Of a stretch of 64,000 bases of DNA, positions 46,601-60,700 are shown piece after piece. The stretch comes from Eledone cirrhosa. Its lineage: Eukaryota. The stretch spans positions 620,001 through 684,000 of the forward strand of contig OZ024745.1 in NCBI GenBank assembly GCA_964016885.1. Direction: 5' to 3'. Numbering within the stretch: position 1 is the first letter of the stretch; each line of letters opens with the position of its first letter. The notes beneath the pieces were generated by a model that was not told where the DNA came from, made no database searches, and saw only the letters and a list, made by a program, of their open reading frames with translations. The translations under genes were made by a program, and so were the position numbers.

Positions 46601-49600
46601 CTAGTTTACAATAGGTACACTGTATCCCTGTATGTTGTAATACCATGTATATCTAGTTTAGAATAGGTACACTGTATCCCTGTATGTTGTAATACCATAT
46701 AAATCTAGTTTAGAATAGGTACACTGTATCCCTGTATGTTGAAATACCATGTATATCTAGTTTAGAATAGGTACACTATAACCCTGTATGTCATAATACC
46801 ATATATATCTAGTTTAGAATAGATACACTGTATCCCTGTATGTCATAATACCATGTATATATAGTTTAAAATAGATACACTGTATCCCTGTATGTCATAA
46901 TACCATCTATATCTAGTTTAGAATAGGTACACTGTATACCTGTATGTTGTAAGACCATGTATATCTAGTTTAGAATAGGTACACTGTATCCCTGTATGTT
47001 GTAAGACCATGTATATCTAGTTTAGAATAGGTACACTGTATCCCTGTATGTTGTAATACCATATATATCTAGTTTGGAATAGGTACACTGTATCCCTGTA
47101 TGTTGTAATACCATATATATTTAGTTTAGAATAGATACACTGTATCCCTGTATGTTGTAAGACCATGTATATCTAGTTTAGAATAGGTATACTGTATCCC
47201 TGTATGTTGTAATACCATATATATCTAGTTTAGAATAGGTACAATGTAACCCTGTATGTTGTAAGACCATATATATCTAGTTTAGAATAGGTATACTGTA
47301 TACCTGTATGTTGTAATACCATAAATATCTAGTTTAGAATAGGTACACTGTATCCCTGTATGTCATAATACCATGTATATCTAGTTTAGAATAGGTACAC
47401 TGTATCCCTGTATGTCATAATAGCATGTGTATCTAGTTTAGAATAGGTTCACTGTATCCCTGTATGTTGTAAGACAATATATATCTAGTTTAGAATAGGT
47501 ACACTCTATCCCTGTATGTCATAAGACCATGTATATCTAGTTTAAAGTAGGTACACTGTATCCCTGTATGTTGTAATACCATGTATATCAAGTTTAGAAT
47601 AGGTACACTGTATCCCTGTATGTTATAATACCATGTATATCTAGTTTAGAATAGGTACACTGTATCTCTGTATGTTGTAATACCATGTATATCAAGTTTA
47701 GAATAGGTACACTGTATCCCTGTATGTTATAATACCATGTATATCTAGTTTAGAATAGGTACACTGTATCCCTGTATGTTGTAATACTATGAATATCTAG
47801 GTTAGAATAGGTACACCGTATCCCTGTATGTCATAATACCATGTATATCTAGTTTAGAATGGGTAAACTGTATCTCTGTATGTTGTAATACCATGTATAT
47901 CTAGTTTAGAATAGGTACACTGTATCCCTGTATGTTGTGATACCATGTATATCTAGTTTAGAATAGGTACACTGTATCCCTGTATGTTGTAATAACATGT
48001 ATATCTAGTTTAGAATAGGTACACTGTATCCCTGTTTGTTGTGATACCATGTATATTTAGTTTAGAATAGGTACACTGTATCCCTGTATGTTGTAATACC
48101 ATGTATATCTAGTTTGGAATAAGTACACTGTATCCCTGTATGTTGTAATACCATATATATCTAGTTTAGAATAGGTACACTGTATCCCTGTATGTTGTAA
48201 TACCATATATATGAAGTTTAGAATAGGTACACTGTATCCCTGTATGTCATAATATCATGTATATCTAGTTTAGAATAGGTACACTGTATCTCTGTATGTT
48301 GTAATACAATGTATATCTCGTTTAGAATAGGTACACTGTATCCCTGTATGTTGTGATACCATATATATATCTAGTTTAGAATAGGTACACTGTATCCCTG
48401 TATGTTGTAATACCATGTATATCTAGTTTAGAATAGGTACACTGTATCCCTGTATGTTGTGATACCATGTATATCTAGTTTAGAATAGGTACACTGTATC
48501 CCTGTATGTTGTAAGACCATATATATCTAGTTTAGAATAGGTACACTGTATCCCTGTATGTTGTAATACCATATATATCTAGTTTACAATAGGTACACTG
48601 TATCCCTGTATGACATAATACCATGTATATCTAGCTTAGAATAGGTACACTGTATTCCTGTATGTTGTAATACCATGTATATCAAGTTTACAATAGGTAC
48701 ACTGTATCCCTGTATGTTGTAATACCATATATATCTAGTTTAGAATAGGTATACTGTATCCCTGTATGTTGTAATACCATGTATATCTAGTTTAAAAAAG
48801 GTACACTGTATCCCTGTATGTTGTAATACCATGTATATCTAGTTTAGAATAGGTACACTGTATCTCTGTATGTTGTAAGACCATGTATATCTAGTTTAGA
48901 ATAGGTACACTGTATCCCTGTATGTTGTAATACCATATATATCTAGTTTACAATAGGTACACTGTATCCCTGTATATTGTAATACCATGTATATCTAGTT
49001 TAGAATAGGTACACTGTATACCTGTATGTTGTAATACAATGTATATCAGGTTTAGAATAGGTACACTGTATCCCTGTATGTCATAATACCATATATATCT
49101 AGTTTAGAATAGGTACACTGTATCCCTTTATGTTGTAATACCATGTATATCTAGTTTAAAATAGGTACACTGTAGCCCTGTATGCTGTAATACCATGTAT
49201 ATCTAGTTTAGAATAGGTACACTGTATCCCTGTATGTTGTAATACCATAAATATCTAGTTTAGAATAGGTACACTGTATCCCTGTATGTCATAATACCAT
49301 ATATATCTAGTTTAGAATAGGTACACTGTATCCCTGTATGTCATAATACCATGTGTATCTAGTTTAGAATAGGTACACTGTATTCCAGTATGTCATAATA
49401 CCATGTATATCAAGTTTACAATAGGAACACTGTATCCCTGTATGTTGTAATACCATATATATCTAGTTTAGAATAGGTACTCTATATCCCTGTATGTTGT
49501 AATACCATGTATATCTAGTTTAAAATAGGTACATTGTATCCCTGTATGTTGTAATACCATGTATATCTAGTTTAGAATAGGTACACTGTATCCCTGTATG

Positions 49601-52600
49601 TCATAATACCATGTATATCTAGTTTAGAATAGGTACATTGTATCCCTGTATGTTGTAATACCATATATATCTAGTTTACAATAGGTACACTGTATCCCTG
49701 TATGTCATAATACCATGTATATCTAGTCTAGAATAGGTACACTGTATTCCTGTATGTCATAATACCATGTATATCAAGTTTACAATAGGTACACTGTATC
49801 CCTGTATGTTGTAATACCATGTATATCTAGTTTAGAATAGGTACACTGTATCCCTGTATGTCATAATACCATATATATCTAGTTTAGAATAGGTACACTG
49901 TATCCCTGTATGTTGTAATACCATGTATATCTAGTTTAGAATAGGTACACTGTATCCCTGTATGTTGTGATACCATGTATATCTAGTTTAGAATAGGTAC
50001 ACTGTATCCCTGTATGTTGTAATACCATCTAGATCTAGTTTGGAATAAGTACACTGTATCTCTGTATGTTGTAATACCATATATATCTAGTTTAGAATAG
50101 GTACACTGTATCCCTGTATGTTGTAATACCATATATATTTAGTTTAGAATAGGTACACTGTATCCCTGTATGTTGTAAGACCATGTATATCTAGTTTAGA
50201 ATAGGTACACTGTATCCCTGTATGTTGTAATACCATATATATCTAGTTTAGAATAGGTACAATGTATCCCTATATGTTGTAAGACCATATATATCTAGTT
50301 TAGAATAGATATACTGTATCCCTGTATGTTGTAATACCATAAATATCTAGTTTAGAATAGGTACACTGTATCCCTGTATGTCATAATACCATGTATATCT
50401 AGTTTAGAATAGATACACTGTATCCCTGTATGTCATAATACCATGTGTATCTAGTTTAGAATAGGTACACTGTATACCTGTATGTTGTAAGACAATATAT
50501 ATCTAGTTTAGAATAGGTACACTCTATCCCTGTATGTCATAAGACCATGTATATCTAGTTTAAAATAGGTACACTGTATCCCTGTATGTTGTAATACCAT
50601 GTATATCTAGTTTAGACTAGGTACACTGTATCTCTGTATGTTGTAAGACCATGTATATCTAGTTTAAAATAGGTACACTGTATCCCTGTATGTTGTAATA
50701 CCATGTATATCTAGTTTAAAATAGGTACGCTGTATCCCTGTATGTTGTAATACCATGTATATCAAGTTTAGAATAGGTACACTGTATCCCTGTATGTCAT
50801 AATACCATGTATATCTAGTTTAGAATAGGTACACTGTATCCCTGTATGTTGTAATACCATGTATATCTAGTTTAGAATAGGTACACTGTATCCCTGTATG
50901 TTGTGATACCATGTATATCTAGATTAGAATAGGTACACTGTATACCTGTATGTTGTGATACCATGTATATCTAGTTTAGAATAGGTACACTGTATCCCTG
51001 TATGTTGTAATACCATGTATATCTAGTTTAGAATAGGTACACTGTATCCCTGTATGTTGGGATACCATGTATATCTAGTTTAGAATAGGTACACTTTATC
51101 CCTGTATGTTGTAATACCATGTATATCTAGTTTAGAATAGGTACACTGTATCCCTGTATGTCATAATTCCATGTATATCTAGTTTAGAATAGGTACACTA
51201 TATCCCTGGATGTCATAATACCATGTATATCTAGTTTACACTAGGTACATTCTACCCCTGTATGTTGTAATACCATATATATCTAGTTTACAATAGGTAC
51301 ACTGTATCCCTGTATGTTGTAATACCATGTATATCTAGTTTAGAATAGGTACACTGTATCCCTGTATGTTGTAATACCATATATATCTAGTTTAGAATAG
51401 GTACACTGTATCGCTGTATGTTGTAAGAGCATATATATCTAATTTAGAATAGGTACACTGTATCCCTGTATGTTGTAATACCATGTATATCTAGTTTAAA
51501 ATAGGTAGACTGTATTCCTGTATGTCATAATACCATGTATATCTAGTGTAGAATAGGTACACTGTATCCCTGTATGTCATAATACCATGTACATCTAGTT
51601 TAGAATAGGTACACTGTATCCCTGTATGTTGTAAGACCATATATATCTAGTGTAGAATAGGTACACTGTATCCCTGTATGTCATAATACCATGTACATCT
51701 AGTTTAGAATAGGTACACTGTACCCCTGTATGTTGTAAGACCATGTATATCTAGTTTACAATAGGTACACTGCATCCCTGTATGTTGTAATACCATATAT
51801 ATCTAGTTTACAATAGGTACACTGTATCCCTGTATGTTGTAATACCATGTATATCTAGTTTAGAATAGGTACACTGTATCCCTGTATGTCATAATACTAT
51901 GTATATCTAGTTTAGAATAGGTACATTGTATCCCTGTATGTTGTAATACCATATATATCTAGTTTACAATAGGTACACTGTATCCCTGTATGTCATAATA
52001 CCATGTATATCTAGTTTAGAATAGGTACACTGTATTCCTGTATGTTGTAATACCATGTATATGAAGTTTACAATAGGTACACTGTATCCCTGTATGTTGT
52101 AATACCATATATATCTAGTTTAGAATAGGTATACTGTATCCCTGTATGTTGTAATACCATGTATATCTAGTTTAAAATAGGTACACTGTATCCCTGTATG
52201 TTGTAATACCATGTATATCTAGTTTAGAATAGGTACACTGTATCTCTGTATGTTGTAAGACCATGTATATCTAGTTTAGAATAGGTACACTGTATCCCTG
52301 TATGTTGTAATACCATATATATCTAGTTTACAATAGGTACACTGTATCCCTGTATGTTGTAATACCATGTATATCTAGTTTAGAATAGGTACACTGTATC
52401 CCTGTATGTTGTAATACCATATAAATCTAGTTTAGAATAGGTACACTGTATCCCTGTATGTTGAAATACCATGTATATCTAGTTTAGAATAGGTACACTA
52501 TAACCCTGTATGTCATAATACCATATATATCTAGTTTAGAATAGATACACTGTATCCCTGTATGTCATAATACCATGTATATATAGTTTAAAATAGATAC

Positions 52601-55105
52601 ACTGTATCCCTGTATGTCATAATACCATCTATATCTAGTTTAGAATAGGTACACTGTATACCTGTATGTTGTAAGACCATGTATATCTAGTTTAGAATAG
52701 GTACACTGTATCCCTGTATGTTGTAAGACCATGTATATCTAGTTTAGAATAGGTACACTGTATCCCTGTATGTTGTAATACCATATATATCTAGTTTGGA
52801 ATAGGTACACTGTATCCCTGTATGTTGTAATACCATATATATTTAGTTTAGAATAGATACACTGTATCCCTGTATGTTGTAAGACCATGTATATCTAGTT
52901 TAGAATAGGTATACTGTATCCCTGTATGTTGTAATACCATATATATCTAGTTTAGAATAGGTACAATGTAACCCTGTATGTTGTAAGACCATATATATCT
53001 AGTTTAGAATAGGTATACTGTATACCTGTATGTTGTAATACCATAAATATCTAGTTTAGAATAGGTACACTGTATCCCTGTATGTCATAATACCATGTAT
53101 ATCTAGTTTAGAATAGGTACACTGTATCCCTGTATGTCATAATAGCATGTGTATCTAGTTTAGAATAGGTTCACTGTATCCCTGTATGTTGTAAGACAAT
53201 ATATATCTAGTTTAGAATAGGTACACTCTATCCCTGTATGTCATAAGACCATGTATATCTAGTTTAAAGTAGGTACACTGTATCCCTGTATGTTGTAATA
53301 CCATGTATATCAAGTTTAGAATAGGTACACTGTATCCCTGTATGTTATAATACCATGTATATCTAGTTTAGAATAGGTACACTGTATCTCTGTATGTTGT
53401 AATACCATGTATATCAAGTTTAGAATAGGTACACTGTATCCCTGTATGTTATAATACCATGTATATCTAGTTTAGAATAGGTACACTGTATCCCTGTATG
53501 TTGTAATACTATGAATATCTAGGTTAGAATAGGTACACCGTATCCCTGTATGTCATAATACCATGTATATCTAGTTTAGAATGGGTAAACTGTATCTCTG
53601 TATGTTGTAATACCATGTATATCTAGTTTAGAATAGGTACACTGTATCCCTGTATGTTGTGATACCATGTATATCTAGTTTAGAATAGGTACACTGTATC
53701 CCTGTATGTTGTAATAACATGTATATCTAGTTTAGAATAGGTACACTGTATCCCTGTTTGTTGTGATACCATGTATATTTAGTTTAGAATAGGTACACTG
53801 TATCCCTGTATGTTGTAATACCATGTATATCTAGTTTGGAATAAGTACACTGTATCCCTGTATGTTGTAATACCATATATATCTAGTTTAGAATAGGTAC
53901 ACTGTATCCCTGTATGTTGTAATACCATATATATGAAGTTTAGAATAGGTACACTGTATCCCTGTATGTCATAATATCATGTATATCTAGTTTAGAATAG
54001 GTACACTGTATCTCTGTATGTTGTAATACAATGTATATCTCGTTTAGAATAGGTACACTGTATCCCTGTATGTTGTGATACCATATATATATCTAGTTTA
54101 GAATAGGTACACTGTATCCCTGTATGTTGTAATACCATGTATATCTAGTTTAGAATAGGTACACTGTATCCCTGTATGTTGTGATACCATGTATATCTAG
54201 TTTAGAATAGGTACACTGTATCCCTGTATGTTGTAAGACCATATATATCTAGTTTAGAATAGGTACACTGTATCCCTGTATGTTGTAATACCATATATAT
54301 CTAGTTTACAATAGGTACACTGTATCCCTGTATGACATAATACCATGTATATCTAGCTTAGAATAGGTACACTGTATTCCTGTATGTTGTAATACCATGT
54401 ATATCAAGTTTACAATAGGTACACTGTATCCCTGTATGTTGTAATACCATATATATCTAGTTTAGAATAGGTATACTGTATCCCTGTATGTTGTAATACC
54501 ATGTATATCTAGTTTAAAAAAGGTACACTGTATCCCTGTATGTTGTAATACCATGTATATCTAGTTTAGAATAGGTACACTGTATCTCTGTATGTTGTAA
54601 GACCATGTATATCTAGTTTAGAATAGGTACACTGTATCCCTGTATGTTGTAATACCATATATATCTAGTTTACAATAGGTACACTGTATCCCTGTATATT
54701 GTAATACCATGTATATCTAGTTTAGAATAGGTACACTGTATACCTGTATGTTGTAATACAATGTATATCAGGTTTAGAATAGGTACACTGTATCCCTGTA
54801 TGTCATAATACCATATATATCTAGTTTAGAATAGGTACACTGTATCCCTTTATGTTGTAATACCATGTATATCTAGTTTAAAATAGGTACACTGTAGCCC
54901 TGTATGCTGTAATACCATGTATATCTAGTTTAGAATAGGTACACTGTATCCCTGTATGTTGTAATACCATAAATATCTAGTTTAGAATAGGTACACTGTA
55001 TCCCTGTATGTCATAATACCATATATATCTAGTTTAGAATAGGTACACTGTATCCCTGTATGTCATAATACCATGTGTATCTAGTTTAGAATAGGTACAC
55101 TGTAT
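43634..55105 (+). repeat. Tandem duplication of a 110-monomer block (5,722 bp x2)
   Basis: TTCCAGTATG 43661/49383, TAGACTAGG 44891/50613, TATGTTGGGA 45331/51053, ATGTGTATCT 49351/55073. Offset 5,722 = 110x52+2; the extra 2 bp is an AT insertion near 48361 present in both copies. Confidence 0.95.
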
Positions 55106-56089
55106 CCCTGTATGTTGTAAGACAATATATATCTAGTTTAGAATGGGTACACTCTACCGCTGTATGTCATAAGACCATGTATATATAGTTCAAAATAGGT
55201 ACACTGTATCCCTGTATGTCATAATACCATGTATATCTATTTTAGAATGGGTACACTGTATCCCTGTATGTCATAATACCATGTATATCTAGTTTAGAAT
55301 GGGTACACTGTATCTCTGTATGTTGTAAGACCATATATATCTAGATTAGAATAGGTACACTGTATCCCTGTGTGTCATAATACCATGTATATCTAGTTTA
55401 GAATAGGTACACTGTATCCCTGTATGTCATAATACCATGTATATCTAGTTTAGAATGGGTACACTGTTTCTCTGTATGTTGTAAGACCATATATATCTAG
55501 TTTAGAATAGGTACACTGTATCCCTGTATGTTGTAATACCATGTATATCTAGTTTAGAATAGGTACACTGTATCCCTGTATGTTGTGATACCATGTATAT
55601 CTAGTTTAGAATAGGTACACTGTATCCCTGTATGTTGTGATACCATATATATCTAGTTTAGAATAGGTACACTGTATCCCTGTATGTTGTAATACCATAT
55701 ATATCTAGTTTAGAATAGGTACACTGTATCCCTGTATGTTGTAATACCATGTATATCTAGTTTAGAATAGGTACACTGTATCCCTGTATGTCATAATACC
55801 ATGTATATCTAGTTTAGAATAGGTACACTGTATCCCTGTATGTTGTAATACCATATATATCTAGTTTAGAATAGGTACACTGTATCCCTGTATGTTGTAA
55901 TACTATGTATATCTAGTTTTAAATAGGTACACTGTATCCCTGTATGTTGTAAGACCATGTATATCTAGTTTAGAATAGGTACACTGTATCCATGTATGTT
56001 GTAATACCATATATATCTAGTTTAGAATAGGTACACTGTATCCCTGTATGTTGTAATACCATATATATCTAGTTTAGAATAGGTACACT

Positions 56090-57770
56090 GTATCCCTGTA
56101 TGTTGTAAGACCATGTATATCTAGTTTAGAATAGGTACACTGTATCCCTGTATGTTGAAATACCATGTATATCTAGTTTAGAATAGGTACACTGTATCTC
56201 TGTATGTTGTAATACCATGTATATCAAGTTTAGAATAGGTACACTGTATCCGTGTATGTCATAATATCATGTATATCTAGTTTAGAATAGGTGCACTGTA
56301 TCTCTGTATGTTGTAATACCATGTATATCTAGTTTAGAATAGGTACACTGTATCCCTGTATGTTGTGATACCATATATATCTAGTTTAGAATAGGTACAC
56401 TGTATCCCTGTATGTTGTAATACCATGTATATCTAGTTTAGAATAGGTACACTGTATCCCTGTATGTTGTGATACCATGTATATCTAGTTTAGAATAGGT
56501 ACACTGTATCCCTGTATGTTGTAAGACCATATATATCTAGTTTAGAATAGGTACACTGTATCCCTGTATGTTGTAATACCATATATATCTAGTTTACAAT
56601 AGGTACACTGTATCCCTGTATGACATAATACCATGTATATCTAGCTTAGAATAGGTACACTGTATTCCTGTATGTTGTAATACCATGTATATCAAGTTTA
56701 CAATAGGTACACTGTATCCCTGTATGTTGTAATACCATATATATCTAGTTTAGAATAGGTATACTGTATCCCTGTATGTTGTAATACCATGTATATCTAG
56801 TTTAAAAAAGGTACACTGTATCCCTGTATGTTGTAATACCATGTATATCTAGTTTAGAATAGGTACACTGTATCTCTGTATGTTGTAAGACCATGTATAT
56901 CTAGTTTAGAATAGGTACACTGTATCCCTGTATGTTGTAATACCATATATATCTAGTTTACAATAGGTACACTGTATCCCTGTATATTGTAATACAATGT
57001 ATATCAGGTTTAGAATAGGTACACTGTATCCCTGTATGTCATAATACCATATATATCTAGTTTAGAATAGGTACACTGTATCCCTTTATGTTGTAATACC
57101 ATGTATATCTAGTTTAAAATAGGTACACTGTAGCCCTGTATGCTGTAATACCATGTATATCTAGTTTAGAATAGGTACACTGTATCCCTGTATGTTGTAA
57201 TACCATAAATATCTAGTTTAGAATAGGTACACTGTATCCCTGTATGTCATAATACCATGTATATCTAGTTTAGAATAGGTACACTGTATCCCTGTATGTC
57301 ATAATACCATGTGTATCTAGTTTAGAATAGGTACACTGTATCCCTGTATGTTGTAAGACCATGTATATCTAGTTTAGAATAGGTACACTGTATCCCTGTA
57401 TGTTGAAATACCATGTATATCTAGTTTAGAATAGGTACACTGTATCTCTGTATGTTGTAATACCATGTATATCAAGTTTAGAATAGGTACACTGTATCCG
57501 TGTATGTCATAATATCATGTATATCTAGTTTAGAATAGGTGCACTGTATCTCTGTATGTTGTAATACCATGTATATCTAGTTTAGAATAGGTACACTGTA
57601 TCCCTGTATGTTGTGATACCATATATATCTAGTTTAGAATAGGTACACTGTATCCCTGTATGTTGTAATACCATGTATATCTAGTTTAGAATAGGTACAC
57701 TGTATCCCTGTATGTTGTGATACCATGTATATCTAGTTTAGAATAGGTACACTGTATCCCTGTATGTTGT
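56090..57770 (+). repeat. Local duplication with 24-monomer (1,248 bp) offset
   Basis: CGTGTATGTC 56251/57499 and GTGCACTGTA 56291/57539. Confidence 0.85.
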
Positions 57771-60700
57771 AATACCATGTATATCTAGTTTGGAATAAGT
57801 ACACTGTATCTCTGTATGTTGTAATACCATATATAACTAGTTTAGAATAGGTACACTGTATCCCTGTATGTTGTAATACCATATATATCTAGTTTAGAAT
57901 AGGTACACTGTATCCCTGTATGTTGTAATACCATATATATCTAGTTTAGAATAGGTACACTGTATCCCTGTATGTTGTAATACCATGTATATCTAGTTTA
58001 AAATAGGTACACTGTATCCCTGTATGTTGAAATACCATGTATATCTAGTTTAGAATAGGTACACTGTATCCCTGTATGCTGTAAGACCATGTATATCTAG
58101 TTTAGAATAGGTACACTGTATCCCTGTATGTCATAATACCATGTATATCTACTTTAAAATAGGTACACTGTATCCCTGTATGTCATAATACCATGTATAT
58201 GTAGTTTAGAATAGGTACACTGTATCCCTGTATGTTGTAAGACCATATATATCTAGTTTAGAATAGGTACACTGTATCCCTGTATGTCATAATACTATGT
58301 ATATCTAGTTTAGAATAGGTACATTGTATCCCTTTATGTTGTAATTCCATATATATCTAGTTTACAATAGGTACACTGTATCCCTGTATGTCATAATACC
58401 ATGTATATCTAGTTTAGAATAGGTACACTGTATTCCTGTATGTCATAATACCATGTATATCAAGATTACAATAGGTACACTGTATCCCTGTATGTTGTAA
58501 TACCATATATATCTAGTTTAGTATAGGTACACTGTAACCCTGTATGTTGTAATACCATGTATACCTAGTTTAAAATAGGTACACTGTATCCCTATATGTT
58601 GTAATACCATGTATATCTAGTTTAGAATAGGTACACTGTATCCCTGTATGTTGTAAGACCATGTATATCTAGTTTAGAATAGGTACACTGTATCCCTGTA
58701 TGTCATAATACCATGTATATCTAGTTTAGAATAGGTACACTGTATCCCTGTAGGTCATAATACCATGTATACCTAGTTTAGAATAGGTATATTGTATCCC
58801 TGTACGTTGTAATACCATATATATCTAGTTTACAATAGCTACACTGTATCCCTGTATGTTGTAATACCATGTATATCTAGTTTAGAATAGGTACACTGTA
58901 TCCCTGTATGTTGTAATACAATATATATCTAGTTTAGAATAGGTACACTGTATCCCTGTATGTTGTAAGACCATATATATCTAGTTTAGAATAGGTACAC
59001 TGTATCCCTGTATGTTGTAATACCATATATATCTAGTTTAGAATAGGTACACTGTATCCCTGTATGTTATAATACCATGTATATCTAGTTTAGAATAGGT
59101 ACACTGTATCTCTGTATGTTGTAATACCATGTATATCTAGTTTAGAATAGGTACACTGTATCCCTGTATGTCATAATACCATGTATATCTAGTTTAGAAT
59201 AGGTATACTGTATCCCTGTATGTTGTGATACCATGTATATCTAGTTTAGAATAGGTACACTGTATCCCTGTATGTTGTAATACCATGTATATCTAGTTTA
59301 GAATAGGTACACTGTATCCCTGTATGTCATAATACCATGAATATCTCGTTTAGAATAGGTACACTGTATCTCTGTGTGTTGTAATACCATGTATATCTAG
59401 TTTAGAATAGGTACACTGTATCCCTATATGTCATAATACCAGGTATATCTAGTTTAGAATAGGTACACTGTATCCCTGTATGTCATAATACCATGTATAT
59501 CTAGATTAGTATAGGTACACTGTATCCCTGTATGTTGTAAGACCATATATATCTAGTTAGAATAGGTACACTGTATCCCTGTATGTTGTAATACCATATA
59601 TATCTAGTTTACAATAGGTACACTGTATTCCTGTATGTTGTAATACCATGTATATCTAGTTTAGAATAGGTACACTGTATCCCTGTATGTCAAAATACTA
59701 TGTATATCTAGTTTAGAATAGGTACATTGTATCCCTGTATGTTGTAATACCATATATATCTAGTTTACAATAGGTACACTGTATCCCTGTATGTCATAAT
59801 ACCATGTATATCAAGTTTACAATAGGTACACTGTATCCCTGTATGTTGTAATACCATATAATTCTAGTTTAGAATAGGTACACTGTATCCCTGTATGTTG
59901 TAATACCATGTATATCTAGTTTAAAATAGGTACACTGTATCTCTGTATGTTGTAAGACCATGTATATCTAGTTTAGAATAGGTACACTTAATCCCTGTAT
60001 GTTGTAATACCATATATATCTAGTTTACAATAGATACACTGTATCACTGTATATTGTAATACCATGTATATCTAGTTTAGAATAGGTACACTGTATCCCT
60101 GTATGGCATAATACCATTTATATCTAGTTTAGAATAGGTACACTGTATCCCTGTATGTTGTAATACCATGTATATCTAGTTTCAAATAGGTACACTGTAA
60201 CCCTGTATGCTGTAATACCATGTATATCTAGTTTAGTATAGGTACACTGTATCCCTGTATGTCATAATACCATGTATATCTAGTTTAGAATTCGTACACT
60301 GTATCACTGTATGTTGTAAGACCATGTATATCTAGTTTAGAATAGGTACACTGTATCCCTGTATGTCATAATACCATGTATATCTAGTTTAGAATAGGTA
60401 CACTGTATCCCTGTATGTCATAATACCATGTATATCTAGTTTAGAATAGGTATATTGTATCCCTGTATGTTGTAATACCATATATATCTAGTTTACAATA
60501 GGTACACTGTATCCCTGTATGTTGTAATACTATGTATATCTAGTTTAGAATAGGTACACTGTATCCCTGTATGTTGTAATACCATATATATCTAGTTAAA
60601 AATAGGTACACTGTATCTCTGTATGTTGTAAGACCATATATATCTAGTTTAGAATAGGTACACTGTATCCCTGTATGTTGTAATACCATATATATCTAGT

